Positions 1 through 9,254 of a DNA stretch of 64,000 nucleotides are shown piece by piece; position 1 is the first letter of the stretch; each line of letters begins with the position of its first letter. A program made the position numbers and the translations under genes. The DNA is from Bryobacterales bacterium (GTDB taxonomy: Bacteria; Acidobacteriota; Terriglobia; Bryobacterales; UBA6623): NCBI GenBank assembly GCA_026713545.1, contig JAPOOG010000077.1, positions 37,238-101,237 of the forward strand, written 5' to 3'. Below the pieces are notes generated by a model, which did no database searches, was not told the origin of the DNA, and saw only the letters and a list, made by a program, of their open reading frames with translations.

Positions 1-507
1 CTCGTAATAATTCCGCATATCCTCTTGCTCGATCACAAGCCGGGGCGCGACCTCTTGCTGAAGCACGGTATTCGACATCACATTGCGGCGCATCTGATCC
101 ATCAGGTCCTCGATCGGCATGCCGAAACGCTCGGCCGCCCAAACCTCGAATTCCTCGACCGTCTTCAGGTCGTACTGTTGCATCACCGAGTCCCGTTGCC
201 GCAGAACCTGGCTCTCGATGTTGTATTCGAGTTGGTTGCCCTTCTGGACCAGTAACAGCTCGTCGATCAGGTTGCGAAGGGAGTTGCGTTCGTTCACTTC
301 GATCTGCCTCGCCCTCTGCTCTGCACTGAGCTGGCGATCGGTGTCGATGCTCTGTCTGTATTCGTCAATCGCCTTCATGTATTGAGACCGAGTGACGACA
401 TCGCCATTCACCTTGGCGACGATCTCCTCGAGGATGAGGATGTCCGCCGCGGCGGGAACGGCGGCCAACAATGCAGTGAACAGGAATGAAGCGAGTTTGC
501 TGTACAT
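1..507 (-). CDS. SurA-like periplasmic chaperone / peptidyl-prolyl isomerase, N-terminal part (3' end of the gene lies beyond the left window edge)
   Basis: Own translation of the minus strand from ATG at 507-505 gives MYSKLASFLFTALLAAVPAAADILILEEIVAKVNGDVVTRSQYMKAIDEY... This is a signal peptide followed by the I-V-A-x-V-N-G-x-x-V-T pattern typical of SurA N-terminal domains. The ORF is open to position 1 (169 codons). It is absent from the supplied track because it is open-ended. Confidence 0.6.
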   Translation of the reverse strand, partial: MYSKLASFLFTALLAAVPAAADILILEEIVAKVNGDVVTRSQYMKAIDEYRQSIDTDRQLSAEQRARQIEVNERNSLRNLIDELLLVQKGNQLEYNIESQVLRQRDSVMQQYDLKTVEEFEVWAAERFGMPIEDLMDQMRRNVMSNTVLQQEVAPRLVIEQEDMRNYYE

Positions 508-765
508 GGATTTTCGGGACCGGCTGGAGAATGGGAAGCTGCTGTCCTGAACGCCCGGCGGGTCGGCCGAATCCGTGTCCGGCGACTCCGGCGAGTCTAC
601 TTTACTATCTTCTATCTTCGCACCATCGACAAGTGCAGTTTCAACCCATTGCAAGCCCCCATGCCGACCCGCTCTCGCGCGTCCGGTTCTGATGGGGATT
701 TCAATGGCGCATCGGCTTCGCAAGTCGAGTCAATAGTGTCTGCAACACGCCAGAGCCGCATCGAA

Positions 766-1953
766 TCACTGTTCCGTCACCTGCCGTATGACGCGCAGCC
801 AGTTGAGCCCGAGAATCTTCTTGATTCGTGAGTCGGAATAGCCTTTGCGCTTCAGCGCTTTCGTCATTTCCGGATAGTCGCTGATGTCCTTGATCTCACG
901 TGGTAACGGCGGACCGCCGTCGAAATCCGAGCCTAGGGCGATGTGATCTTCCCCAACAAGCCCAACGGCGTAGTCGATCACGTTAACCAACTGATCGACG
1001 TGCATCCAATACGGGTCGGGGATCGGACGCCGCAGACTGCCGAGGTTCCTGCCCACGCGTTCGTCGATCTCCGCCAGCGTCAGTCCATGCCAGGAGCTCA
1101 GTCGAGTCGAAATATCCGCACGTCGCCGCGGACGTCCCTCATTTCGCCAAGCGTAATACTTCGGATTATTGAATGTACTTCCCCATTGCAACCCGATGAC
1201 CCCACCTTTGGCCGCAACCGCCTTCGCCGATTTGTCGCTGATGCAGCGAGGTATGTCGACGAAGTGGCGAAACCCGCCATGTGAGAAGATCACCGGATCA
1301 GTGCTTAACTCCACCGTCTGCAGGATGGTCTCTTCCGACGCATGGGCGATGTTGATGACGATGCCGAGGCGGTTCATCTCTTTTACAACCTCCCGCCCAT
1401 GATCGTTGAGTCCGCCCCACTTGCGAACGTCGCAGCATGAATCGGCGAAGTTGTTCGTGTAGTTGTGCGCCGTCAACTGCACCGAGCGCAACCCGAGCGC
1501 GTAGAAACCTCGAAGAACATTGAGGTCCCCGTCCAAATCGAATCCGCCTTCCAAATCAATGAACGCCGCCATCTTTCCCGCCCCGTTGATCCGCTCGATG
1601 TCCGAAGCCGTCAGGGCTAACTCGATCACGTCGGCGTTCTGGTCGATTTGATCTCGCGCGAGCGACAGCACCCGCAGCGTGTTCTTGGTCTCGAAGCGCC
1701 CGGGATAATAAGCCTCGGGCGTGTAGATCGAGAAGAACATCGCGTCCAATCCGCCTTCGCGAGCGCGCGGCAAGTCCACGTCGCCATTCGGATAGCGGTC
1801 ACCGATATCGAGCCCTTGCAGAAGTTGACGCGTCATCACGTGAATATGCCCATCCATGACGAACGCTTCATCGTGCAATGTCGCAACGTTCTGCCCGAGC
1901 AGAAAGCATGGCAGGAGAATCAAGGCTGGGAAAATCCGTTTCCAAGAGCGCAT
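766..1953 (-). CDS. membrane dipeptidase, peptidase family M19
   Basis: Track ORF 766..2010. Motifs DGHIHVM, DLEGG, LTAHNYTNNFADSCC, GGLNDHGREVVKEMNRLGIVINIAHASE and HIALGSDFDGG fit the M19 renal-dipeptidase fold. Start moved to ATG 1953 (MRSWKRIFPALILLPCF signal peptide), which avoids overlap with the upstream gene ending at 1964. Confidence 0.85.
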   Translation of the reverse strand: MRSWKRIFPALILLPCFLLGQNVATLHDEAFVMDGHIHVMTRQLLQGLDIGDRYPNGDVDLPRAREGGLDAMFFSIYTPEAYYPGRFETKNTLRVLSLARDQIDQNADVIELALTASDIERINGAGKMAAFIDLEGGFDLDGDLNVLRGFYALGLRSVQLTAHNYTNNFADSCCDVRKWGGLNDHGREVVKEMNRLGIVINIAHASEETILQTVELSTDPVIFSHGGFRHFVDIPRCISDKSAKAVAAKGGVIGLQWGSTFNNPKYYAWRNEGRPRRRADISTRLSSWHGLTLAEIDERVGRNLGSLRRPIPDPYWMHVDQLVNVIDYAVGLVGEDHIALGSDFDGGPPLPREIKDISDYPEMTKALKRKGYSDSRIKKILGLNWLRVIRQVTEQ

Positions 1954-1963
1954 GATGGCGATT

Positions 1964-3268
1964 CTAACTGATGCTGCCTTCCGTTGATGCCTCGCGAAGG
2001 AGGGCGGCAATGTCGTGGTATCCCTTGTCCTCGGCCCACATCACGGGCGTCCAGCCTTCGACGTCGCTCAGATTCGGATCAGCTCCGTGCTTCAGCAGCA
2101 CTCGCACGGTTTCGATATGCCCTCGATCCGCAGCCCAACTCAGCGCCGTCCCTCCATCGTGATCCTTCGCGTCGACTTCGGCGCCGCGTGACAGCAAGAT
2201 CTCCTCTACCTCGGTCCGCCCTTCCAGCGCCGCCCACATCAAGGCGGTTCGCCCTTGCGGGTCCGCAGCGCGCAGGTCCGCCCCCACCTCGATCAAAGCC
2301 GCGACCATTTCGGCATCTCCTTCCGCCGCAGCGGCCTGTAATTCGTTGCGACCCTCGCTGTCAACGGTGTCGGTCTTGACTCCCGCGTCGATGCGGGCCT
2401 TGAGATCGAGCAGTCGCACGATCCGGGTGTACCCCATATGCTCGGCAAACGTCGAAGCGCTGTTGCCGGTCGCATCTTGCAAACTTGTATCCGCGCCCTG
2501 CGTCAGCAAAACCCGAACGCAGTCCAGATGTCCGTTCTCCGAAGCCAACATCAACGCGGTCAAGCCCTGGTCGTGTTGCGCATTGACACAGGCCCCTTTG
2601 CCGAGCAGTATCTCGACAATCGAAGTCCGACCCTTGTGCGCCGCGAAATGCAAGGCGCGAATCCCCTCCCGGTCTTTGACGTTGACATCTGCTCCGGCCT
2701 CAAGAAGTACCCGCACCATGTCGTCATCGCCGGCATCCGCCGCCGCCATCAGCGCCGTCTGACCGGCGTCGTTCTGCTGATTCACGTCGGCTCCGCCTTC
2801 GAGCAACTTCTCCACGGCGGGGCCGGCTCCCGCCTCGGCCGCAGCGACAAGCATACCCGGCTCGTCCTTTTGAAACGAGCTGATCTGTTCGTCCTGTGCT
2901 TGCTGCAGACCCTCGAAATCCTCTTCAGAGAGAGAGTACCGCTCCAATAGCTCTCTCAAACAGTTCTGCGCCGCGCTCTCATCACTTAAGGAAACGCAAA
3001 CACTCAACGGTCCCGCTGCGAGATCGACCTCATCGTCGTCCGGGACGAAGGACCCTCCCGATTCCAGGTAGCATTCAATCCCGGCTTCGCGCAAGAGAAG
3101 CGGAGCCTGGTCCAAAAGGACCGGATCCTCAGTAATCAGAACTGCGACCCTGTCAACCGAGGACGGCCTCTCTGTTTCCTCCGGGAGCTCCGCAACAAGC
3201 GGGACCTTGCAGTCCGAGCACTCCGTGAAGCCCTCGCGGTATTCCACTCGGCATTGTGGACAGAACAT
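1964..3268 (-). CDS. ankyrin-repeat protein with N-terminal zinc-ribbon / DUF2007-like domain
   Basis: N-terminus MFCPQCRVEYREGFTECSDCKVPL is a CxxC...CxxC ribbon. It is followed by at least 7 repeats of the G-x-T-A-L-M-x-A-A-x-x-G-H-x-x-x-V-x-x-L-L-x-x-G-A-D-V-N ankyrin pattern. Confidence 0.8.
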   Translation of the reverse strand: MFCPQCRVEYREGFTECSDCKVPLVAELPEETERPSSVDRVAVLITEDPVLLDQAPLLLREAGIECYLESGGSFVPDDDEVDLAAGPLSVCVSLSDESAAQNCLRELLERYSLSEEDFEGLQQAQDEQISSFQKDEPGMLVAAAEAGAGPAVEKLLEGGADVNQQNDAGQTALMAAADAGDDDMVRVLLEAGADVNVKDREGIRALHFAAHKGRTSIVEILLGKGACVNAQHDQGLTALMLASENGHLDCVRVLLTQGADTSLQDATGNSASTFAEHMGYTRIVRLLDLKARIDAGVKTDTVDSEGRNELQAAAAEGDAEMVAALIEVGADLRAADPQGRTALMWAALEGRTEVEEILLSRGAEVDAKDHDGGTALSWAADRGHIETVRVLLKHGADPNLSDVEGWTPVMWAEDKGYHDIAALLREASTEGSIS

Positions 3269-3537
3269 GCTTCGACGTTACAAACGTTACCGGGATTGGG
3301 AATCGGTGGCAACCTCCTCCGGGGCTTGAATCGCCCCGGCCTGCGCACGCCGCATCCACGACGCCTGTGAAAGCATTCGTCTCCAAGCAACGCGCTGTTG
3401 CCCTTCAAGCATTTGTCTTTGCGAAAACAGCGATCCCGGCGCCGTAAGACGCCTGATGCCAAGCCCCGAGCCTCGACCGGCGCTTGCCAGACAGTTTCCG
3501 AAACCGAACACACGTCCCTGGACGTAACAATCTCTAA

Positions 3538-3690
3538 CCTGCATTTCTCACCGCGCGGCGAGACGAAGTGCGTGAGAGGGCCGTCAGGACGAGGCGCGAG
3601 CCGGGCGGAGGAAAAAGGCGCGCGCAGGCGTACTTGACAAATCGCCTCTTTCCCCTACCTTGCCACATACACGGTGGTGAGAAATGTAGG
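3538..3690 (+). repeat. R1 inverted-repeat element, copy 1 (variant right half)
   Basis: Left end CCTGCATTTCTCACCGCGCGGCGAGACGAAGTGCGTGAGAGGGCCGTCAGGACGAGGCGCGAGCC. Right end GGTGGTGAGAAATGTAGG. The internal right arm differs from the other copies. Confidence 0.85.
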
Positions 3691-3818
3691 TTAAAGCCCT
3701 CTTGTGCTACAGTTTGCCTTTTGGCGACCGGACCGCTTCCGTGCGACGGTCGCCCGCCGTTGTCACGGTGAGCCGGCCGGGCAAAGGACGCCCGCGTTCC
3801 GTGTTCAATAAACACCCA

Positions 3819-4649
3819 ATGCTCATGAAATGCTTCTCGTTCGAACATGCGCGAAAGAACGTCTCCTGCGTGCTCTTCCTGCTCTGTCTTTGCCTGATTG
3901 CGACACCGATCCTCACCGCGCAACAGCGGGATGACGATGACGACATCAACATGGACCCGGTCTTCGTGCGGCGCTTTTCCGCCGGCGGCAAGTTTCGTTA
4001 CTTGGCGTTGGAGACGATGGCTAAAGGCACACTGAGTACCACCGTCATTGACACGGTCGATGTCGATGCCAGGAGCAGCGGGGACTCATCCCGTTACGGA
4101 TACGGTCTCACTACGCAGGTCGCTGTCACGAATAAATGGGCCTTCGCGCTGGAGCTGCTCAGCAGCAAGATCGAATACAACACCATCCGCGAGGTGACGA
4201 CCTTCATTGTGGATCCTTTCGAGAACGTGCTTCTCGAAACCCAACTGGTCAGCGGAGACGAAACAACGAGTGCCCGCCTGTGGGACATTCCCCTCCTGTT
4301 CCGCTACTACACCAAGAGCCGTTTCAACAGGGGGCCACGCGTCTTCTTCGAAGGCGGAGCGGTCGTTCGGCGCGTCACGGACATCAGCACATCGATCGAG
4401 ACAACAACCTCCACTACGAACCCCAACGTCGAGGATATGACCGATTGCTGCGACAAGGCCCCCGCCCGCGTCGCCAACCCCAACGCCCTCGGCGGCGCGG
4501 TCGGCATCGGTTTTCAGCTTATCGATGACGTCGGTATCCGCGTCGTTCCCGGCTTCCGTTACACACGCTGGTTTTCGAATGCGTTCGACGACCCGCCCAC
4601 CCGTTCAGAGAAGCATCAACTCGAGGTGACCATCGCGCTGACCTTCTGA
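3819..4649 (+). CDS. hypothetical outer-membrane beta-barrel protein
   Basis: Track ORF 3702..4649. Start moved to ATG 3819 (MLMKCFSFEHARKNVSCVLFLLCLCLIATPILTAQQ signal peptide). Alternating hydrophobic strands and the C-terminal ...LEVTIALTF aromatic terminus are typical of OMP barrels. The 5' extension in the track overlaps repeat R1 copy 1. Confidence 0.55.
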   Translation: MLMKCFSFEHARKNVSCVLFLLCLCLIATPILTAQQRDDDDDINMDPVFVRRFSAGGKFRYLALETMAKGTLSTTVIDTVDVDARSSGDSSRYGYGLTTQVAVTNKWAFALELLSSKIEYNTIREVTTFIVDPFENVLLETQLVSGDETTSARLWDIPLLFRYYTKSRFNRGPRVFFEGGAVVRRVTDISTSIETTTSTTNPNVEDMTDCCDKAPARVANPNALGGAVGIGFQLIDDVGIRVVPGFRYTRWFSNAFDDPPTRSEKHQLEVTIALTF

Positions 4650-4853
4650 CTGAAGAAGCTCGATCGCCCCTTTGCGCGTCAGCCGCATTCATCAACTACG
4701 ACGATCTGGCCGGAAGCACCTTCCAGAGCGTGCCCGTTGTCGAATCGCTAGCCCGGCGCCGCAACGAATGGAAGGCTGGTGTTACGAGGTGGGTTTCGGC
4801 ACGGGTCTTGATTCATTCTGACAAGTAATCAGTGGCGCGTATCCTGTGCACCG

Positions 4854-5192
4854 ATGAATATAATCCTCTCCGTCAAGGATGCCGTCGTGGCGCGGGCGCG
4901 AAAGTCGGCCGAGGCCTTGGGCCTGAACCTCCATCAGGCAGTGCGGAATTACCTCAGCGATCTTGCCGGGCATTCGCCGCGCGAGGCCGTCATTGCCGAG
5001 GTGGAGCGTTTGTCAGCTCAAGCGGGCGGCCATCGCGCGGGCTGGCGCTTCTGCGGTCCGTTTGACCGGAAATTGATTCACAGGGTCTCAGTGATTCTGG
5101 GGAGTTTGCCAGGCTGGAACGGGCCCCTGCAAGAAGCCGAGTCCTTCGCTGCAACTGGAACTATTGATCTTCCGGCGCACACCGCAACGTAG
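4854..5192 (+). CDS. ribbon-helix-helix (VapB/CopG-type) antitoxin-like protein, apparently orphan
   Basis: MNIILSVKDAVVARARKSAEALGLNLHQAVRNYLSDLAG has the strand-helix-helix layout of RHH antitoxins. The later ...GGHRAGWRF...DRKLIHR resembles the GW[KR]F-x-R-D-E-L-H-x-R tail that precedes PIN toxin genes. No intact toxin gene follows. Confidence 0.35.
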   Translation: MNIILSVKDAVVARARKSAEALGLNLHQAVRNYLSDLAGHSPREAVIAEVERLSAQAGGHRAGWRFCGPFDRKLIHRVSVILGSLPGWNGPLQEAESFAATGTIDLPAHTAT

Positions 5193-5252
5193 GCTCTTTG
5201 CGTTCTCAGATCTGCTTCGGCCACGGACGTTGGCCGTGCTACCTTAGCATCC

Positions 5253-6743
5253 GTGCAACGGCGTCTCCTCGATACTCGGACCCTCTTTCTCCTTGCGGCG
5301 CTCATTCCGGTAGCCTTTGCAGCGTGCTCGGAAGCCGGCACCAAAGTCATCAGACCCAATATCCTCTTCATCGCCATCGATGACCTCAACGACTGGGTTG
5401 AACCGCTCGGAGGCCATCCGCAGGTGCATACCCCGCATATCAGCCGTTTGGCATCTCGTGGAACCACTTTCACGAACGCCCATACGCAGGCGCCGCTGTG
5501 CAATCCCTCCCGCACAAGCCTCATGCTCGGCTTGAGGCCCTCTACAACCGGCATCTACGGCCTCCGCCCGTGGTTGCGTGACGTCGAAGAACTCAGCGGC
5601 CGCGTCACGCTTCCTCAGCACCTTGGGCAGCACGGCTATCGGACACTCTCAGCCGGCAAGATCTACCATGGCCGCTACGGTCGCGAGGGCGGTGAATTCG
5701 ACGTACTCGGGCCAAGAACCGAAGTCGGCGCGCGCCCTCCTCAAAAACTGGTCACCACGCCACAGAACCACCCGCTCATGGACTGGGGCTTGTTCCCCCA
5801 TCGCGACGAAGATAAAGGCGATTGGAAAGTCGCGCATTGGGCGGTCGAGCAGCTCGAAGGCGGGATGCCCGAACCCTTCTTCCTCTCCGCGGGTTTCTTC
5901 CTGCCCCACGTTCCCTGCTATGCAACGCAGAAGTGGTTTGACCTCTATCCGGAGAGCGGCACGCAGCTTCCACCGATGCGTGCCGACGATCGCGGCGACA
6001 CCCCGCATTTCTCGTGGTTCCTGCACTGGAAGCTCCCCGAGCCCCGCCTGCGGTTCCTTCAGGAGAGCGATCAGTGGACCAATCTCGTCCGCTCCTACCT
6101 GGCCTCGATCAGTTTCGTAGACAGCTTGATCGGCTGGCTTCTCGACACATTGGACGGCAGCCCCTATGCCGACAACACCATCGTCGTCCTCTGGTCGGAC
6201 CACGGCTGGCACCTTGGTGAAAAGCTCATCACCGGAAAGAACACGCTCTGGGACAGGTCCACGCGTGTGCCGCTGATCTTCGCCGGTCCCGGCGTCACGC
6301 AGGGAGTTGTCTCCAACCGCCCCGCCGAGTTGCTGGACATCTACCCAACCCTCACCGAACTCGCCGGATTGCCCCCGAAAGAGGATCTCGAGGGACACAG
6401 CCTCGTCCCGCAACTCAAAGACCCCGAGGCGCCCCGCGAGTGGCCGGCTGTCACGACCCACAACCGGAATAACCACGGGGTTCGCACAGAGGGCTGGCGC
6501 TACATCCGCTACGCCGACGGCAGTGAAGAACTCTATGACATGCGCAACGACCCGAACGAGTGGACCACCCTTGCCGGCGAGCCGGCCCATGCCGCCCGCA
6601 TCGAGGAGCTGCGCAGTTGGCTTCCCTCAAGAAACGTCAAGCCAGCACCCGGAAGCGCCGTCCGTGTTCTCACCTACGAGAACGGCCAGGCCAACTGGGA
6701 AGGCGAGGACATCCTCCCCGGCCAGCCGATCCCCGAGATCTGA
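5253..6743 (+). CDS. sulfatase (type I, Cys-type; iduronate-2-sulfatase-like)
   Basis: Lipoprotein-like signal (LIPVAFAAC). NILFIAIDDLNDW metal-binding start. Formylglycine motif C-N-P-S-R in AHTQAPLCNPSRTSLMLG. WSDHGWHLGEK downstream. Confidence 0.9.
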   Translation: MQRRLLDTRTLFLLAALIPVAFAACSEAGTKVIRPNILFIAIDDLNDWVEPLGGHPQVHTPHISRLASRGTTFTNAHTQAPLCNPSRTSLMLGLRPSTTGIYGLRPWLRDVEELSGRVTLPQHLGQHGYRTLSAGKIYHGRYGREGGEFDVLGPRTEVGARPPQKLVTTPQNHPLMDWGLFPHRDEDKGDWKVAHWAVEQLEGGMPEPFFLSAGFFLPHVPCYATQKWFDLYPESGTQLPPMRADDRGDTPHFSWFLHWKLPEPRLRFLQESDQWTNLVRSYLASISFVDSLIGWLLDTLDGSPYADNTIVVLWSDHGWHLGEKLITGKNTLWDRSTRVPLIFAGPGVTQGVVSNRPAELLDIYPTLTELAGLPPKEDLEGHSLVPQLKDPEAPREWPAVTTHNRNNHGVRTEGWRYIRYADGSEELYDMRNDPNEWTTLAGEPAHAARIEELRSWLPSRNVKPAPGSAVRVLTYENGQANWEGEDILPGQPIPEI

Positions 6744-6761
6744 AACTTCCTCCTGATCAAG

Positions 6762-6937
6762 CCTGCATTTCTCACCACGTGGCGAGACGAAGTGCGTGAG
6801 AGGGCCGTCAGGACGAGACGCGCGCCGCTTGGCGCGCGCAGGTGTACTTGAAAGTACATCGAGCACGGCATGCAAGCGCAACGAAGTCATGGCGGTCGTA
6901 TCGCGTGCTTCGGCCGTCGGGTAGTGAGAAATGCAGG
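6762..6937 (+). repeat. R1 inverted-repeat element, copy 2 (type a, full length)
   Basis: CCTGCATTTCTCACCACGTGGCGAGACGAAGTGCGTGAGAGGGCCGTCAGGACG ... CGAAGTCATGGCGGTCGTATCGCGTGCTTCGGCCGTCGGGTAGTGAGAAATGCAGG. Lies between the convergent sulfatase and FGE genes. Confidence 0.9.
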
Positions 6938-7031
6938 CTCGCGGCTTTGACACCGGACCGCATGTTGCCCGCTTGGATGACTTCGTATGGAGGCGAGGAA
7001 AAACTGGCGGGGCTTCCCAAACGTATCCTGT

Positions 7032-7916
7032 TCAACTCGCATCCCGAACACAGCGAAACCCTACGTTGTTCAGCCCTGAGTCGCGCGCTGTCTTCTGCCG
7101 CGCCGCCACGCGATACCCCTGGCAATAGTTCTCGCTGCACAGCCAGCTTCCACCGCGGTTGATCTTCTCTTGCCCCATCACCGGACCTTTCGGATTCTTG
7201 CGCGGAGACTCACGGTAGTAGGACGATGAATACCAATCCGCGACCCATTCCCAAACATTGCCCGCCATGTCGTAGAGCCCGTAACCGTTCGGAGCGAATC
7301 GCTGTACTGGCGCCGGGCCGCTGAAACCGTCGGTCGCTTGATCTCGGACCGGGAACCGTCCTTGCCAAACGTTCGCCCGGTGCATCCCGCGCGGCCGCAA
7401 TGCATCGCCCCACGGATAGACCGCGCCCTCTCGCCCGCCCCTCGCCGCATACTCCCATTCCGCTTCGGTCGGAAGGCGCTTCCCGGCCCACTCTGCATAG
7501 GCTGTAGCGTCATCCCACGACACATGAATCACCGGATAGTCGTCTTTGCCCTCCAGGTTTGATCCCGGCCCCTCGGGGTGCCGCCAGTCCGCGCCGTCGA
7601 GGAGTTTCCACTGCCCCGTATCGGCATCGAAGAAGCCGGATGATTCTTGCTTCTCTGACTCGGTCTCGTACCCGGTAGCTTCCACAAAGTCCCGAAACTG
7701 GCGGTTCGTCACCTCCGTGACATCCATGTAGAAGCCGTCGACAAACACTCGGTGCTCGGGTCCCTCGAAGGGGAAAGCATCATTGGTTCCCATCGTGAAC
7801 TCGCCGCCGTCGATAAACACCATGCCGGGCTCTTCCGCGGGCGGCTTCGAACTGCAGCCTGCGAAAAGCAGAAGGAGGGTTGTTGTCACGAACAGCACTG
7901 ATCGAAAGCTATGCAA
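7032..7916 (-). CDS. formylglycine-generating enzyme (SUMF1/FGE family)
   Basis: Motifs MVFIDGGEFTMGTN, VTNRQFRDFVEATGY, HVSWDDATAYAEWAGKRLPTEAEWEYAARGG, GLYDMAGNVWEWVADWY and RGGSWLCSENYCQGYRVAARQ. The last carries the paired Cys of aerobic FGE, comparable to the human active-site CxxxxC. Confidence 0.9.
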   Translation of the reverse strand: MHSFRSVLFVTTTLLLLFAGCSSKPPAEEPGMVFIDGGEFTMGTNDAFPFEGPEHRVFVDGFYMDVTEVTNRQFRDFVEATGYETESEKQESSGFFDADTGQWKLLDGADWRHPEGPGSNLEGKDDYPVIHVSWDDATAYAEWAGKRLPTEAEWEYAARGGREGAVYPWGDALRPRGMHRANVWQGRFPVRDQATDGFSGPAPVQRFAPNGYGLYDMAGNVWEWVADWYSSSYYRESPRKNPKGPVMGQEKINRGGSWLCSENYCQGYRVAARQKTARDSGLNNVGFRCVRDAS

Positions 7917-7973
7917 TGAAAGTACCGAGATAGAGAATCAGCGCGAGGAAGACACCAACGACTCCGTCCTGGC

Positions 7974-9185
7974 TCAGGCGTCCATCGCGTACGTCACGTA
8001 CTCACTGGCGCAAGGGTTGCCCAACGCCACGTGCATCCGTATTTTGGCAGGCTCGGCAATCATCGATGCCACCGTCCGACCCGCCGTCTCGAAACCCGAC
8101 TCCAGATCGTCGGTCTGTGGATGGCGGCAAATGCTCGCCGCGCCGTTGGAGTGGTCGCTCAGATATCTCTTGATCCGCTCGACGTTGATCTTGCCCTTCT
8201 CCTCATCGATCATCGAGTTCATTTTCTCCAGGCGCGGGAACGAATCGGCAAGACTCTTTTCGTAGTTCTTCGGCGTGCCGTAGAGCGGACAGAGATAGTG
8301 GTTCGTGTGTGCAATGTAGCCGCGATGACTGTCGTCCACGATCTGCGGCCCGTTCGTGTTTGCCTCGATGTCGATAATCGTGCCGGCTCCGTCGCAAAGC
8401 ACGTAATTGCCGTTCGAGGCAAGTGGCACTCGTTGGAAGATATCCAGCACTTCGCTGACCTTCGAGCACTCCAGCATCATCCGTTTCACCGGATAGTGTG
8501 ATAGTCCGAACTGTCCCGCCGGGCCGCCGCCGAGAGAATTCGCGAAATGCGCGACTCCGACGCTGTTCATGCCGTGATAGCCGATCATTCCGCCGAAAGT
8601 CCAGATCAAGACTTGCGGCTTGTCGATCGGCTTCAAGTGCAGCATGTAACCCATCTCGATATTCGGCTGCGACATGTCACTGTTCTGCCCAACCAGGATT
8701 TCTTTTTCCCCCGTTGACGACTTGCCGATCACATAGGTCGTGCAACCTTCGTCCGGCGCCTTTCCCAATTCGCCTCGAAGGTTGCAAGCCAACCCCTCGG
8801 CAAGCGTGATACCGGCGCCCTCGGCCAAACCTTCGATCTCATCCAACAGATGCGGACAGTATTGCTGGAACAGTTCGACAAACTTGAGCGCCTTCGTCTG
8901 CATCGCGTCCTGTGACAGTTTCTGAGTGCGCGCGATGTGATCGAGGTGCATGCGGATCGACTCGGACGCCTGCTCGCCATGCTGCCGCCCCAGTTCGCGG
9001 TGAGAGCCCTCCGCTTTGACAAGTTCGTACTGCGACCGGCTCGCCGGCTCGATATGAAACGATTTCGACGAAGCCTGCTCACTGCATGACGTCAGACCCG
9101 TGCCTCCAACGAGCGCGGCCGCTCCACCCAATAACGTGCGCCTGCTGAGTTGAGCGTTTTCTCTGAGAGAACCTCGGTCGGACAT
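7974..9185 (-). CDS. peptidase C45 family (acyl-CoA:6-aminopenicillanic-acid acyltransferase-like), Tat-exported
   Basis: Twin-arginine signal SRRTLLGGAAALVGGTGLTSC. Putative self-processing nucleophile in EGCTTYVIGK...ILVGQNSDM. Family assignment is by motif recall only. Confidence 0.7.
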   Translation of the reverse strand: MSDRGSLRENAQLSRRTLLGGAAALVGGTGLTSCSEQASSKSFHIEPASRSQYELVKAEGSHRELGRQHGEQASESIRMHLDHIARTQKLSQDAMQTKALKFVELFQQYCPHLLDEIEGLAEGAGITLAEGLACNLRGELGKAPDEGCTTYVIGKSSTGEKEILVGQNSDMSQPNIEMGYMLHLKPIDKPQVLIWTFGGMIGYHGMNSVGVAHFANSLGGGPAGQFGLSHYPVKRMMLECSKVSEVLDIFQRVPLASNGNYVLCDGAGTIIDIEANTNGPQIVDDSHRGYIAHTNHYLCPLYGTPKNYEKSLADSFPRLEKMNSMIDEEKGKINVERIKRYLSDHSNGAASICRHPQTDDLESGFETAGRTVASMIAEPAKIRMHVALGNPCASEYVTYAMDA

Positions 9186-9254
9186 GGGCTGCCCCTCTTG
9201 TAGCCACAGTCGTGACTTGCCCCATTATAGGAGCCGATCAACCGGAACGCCCGT

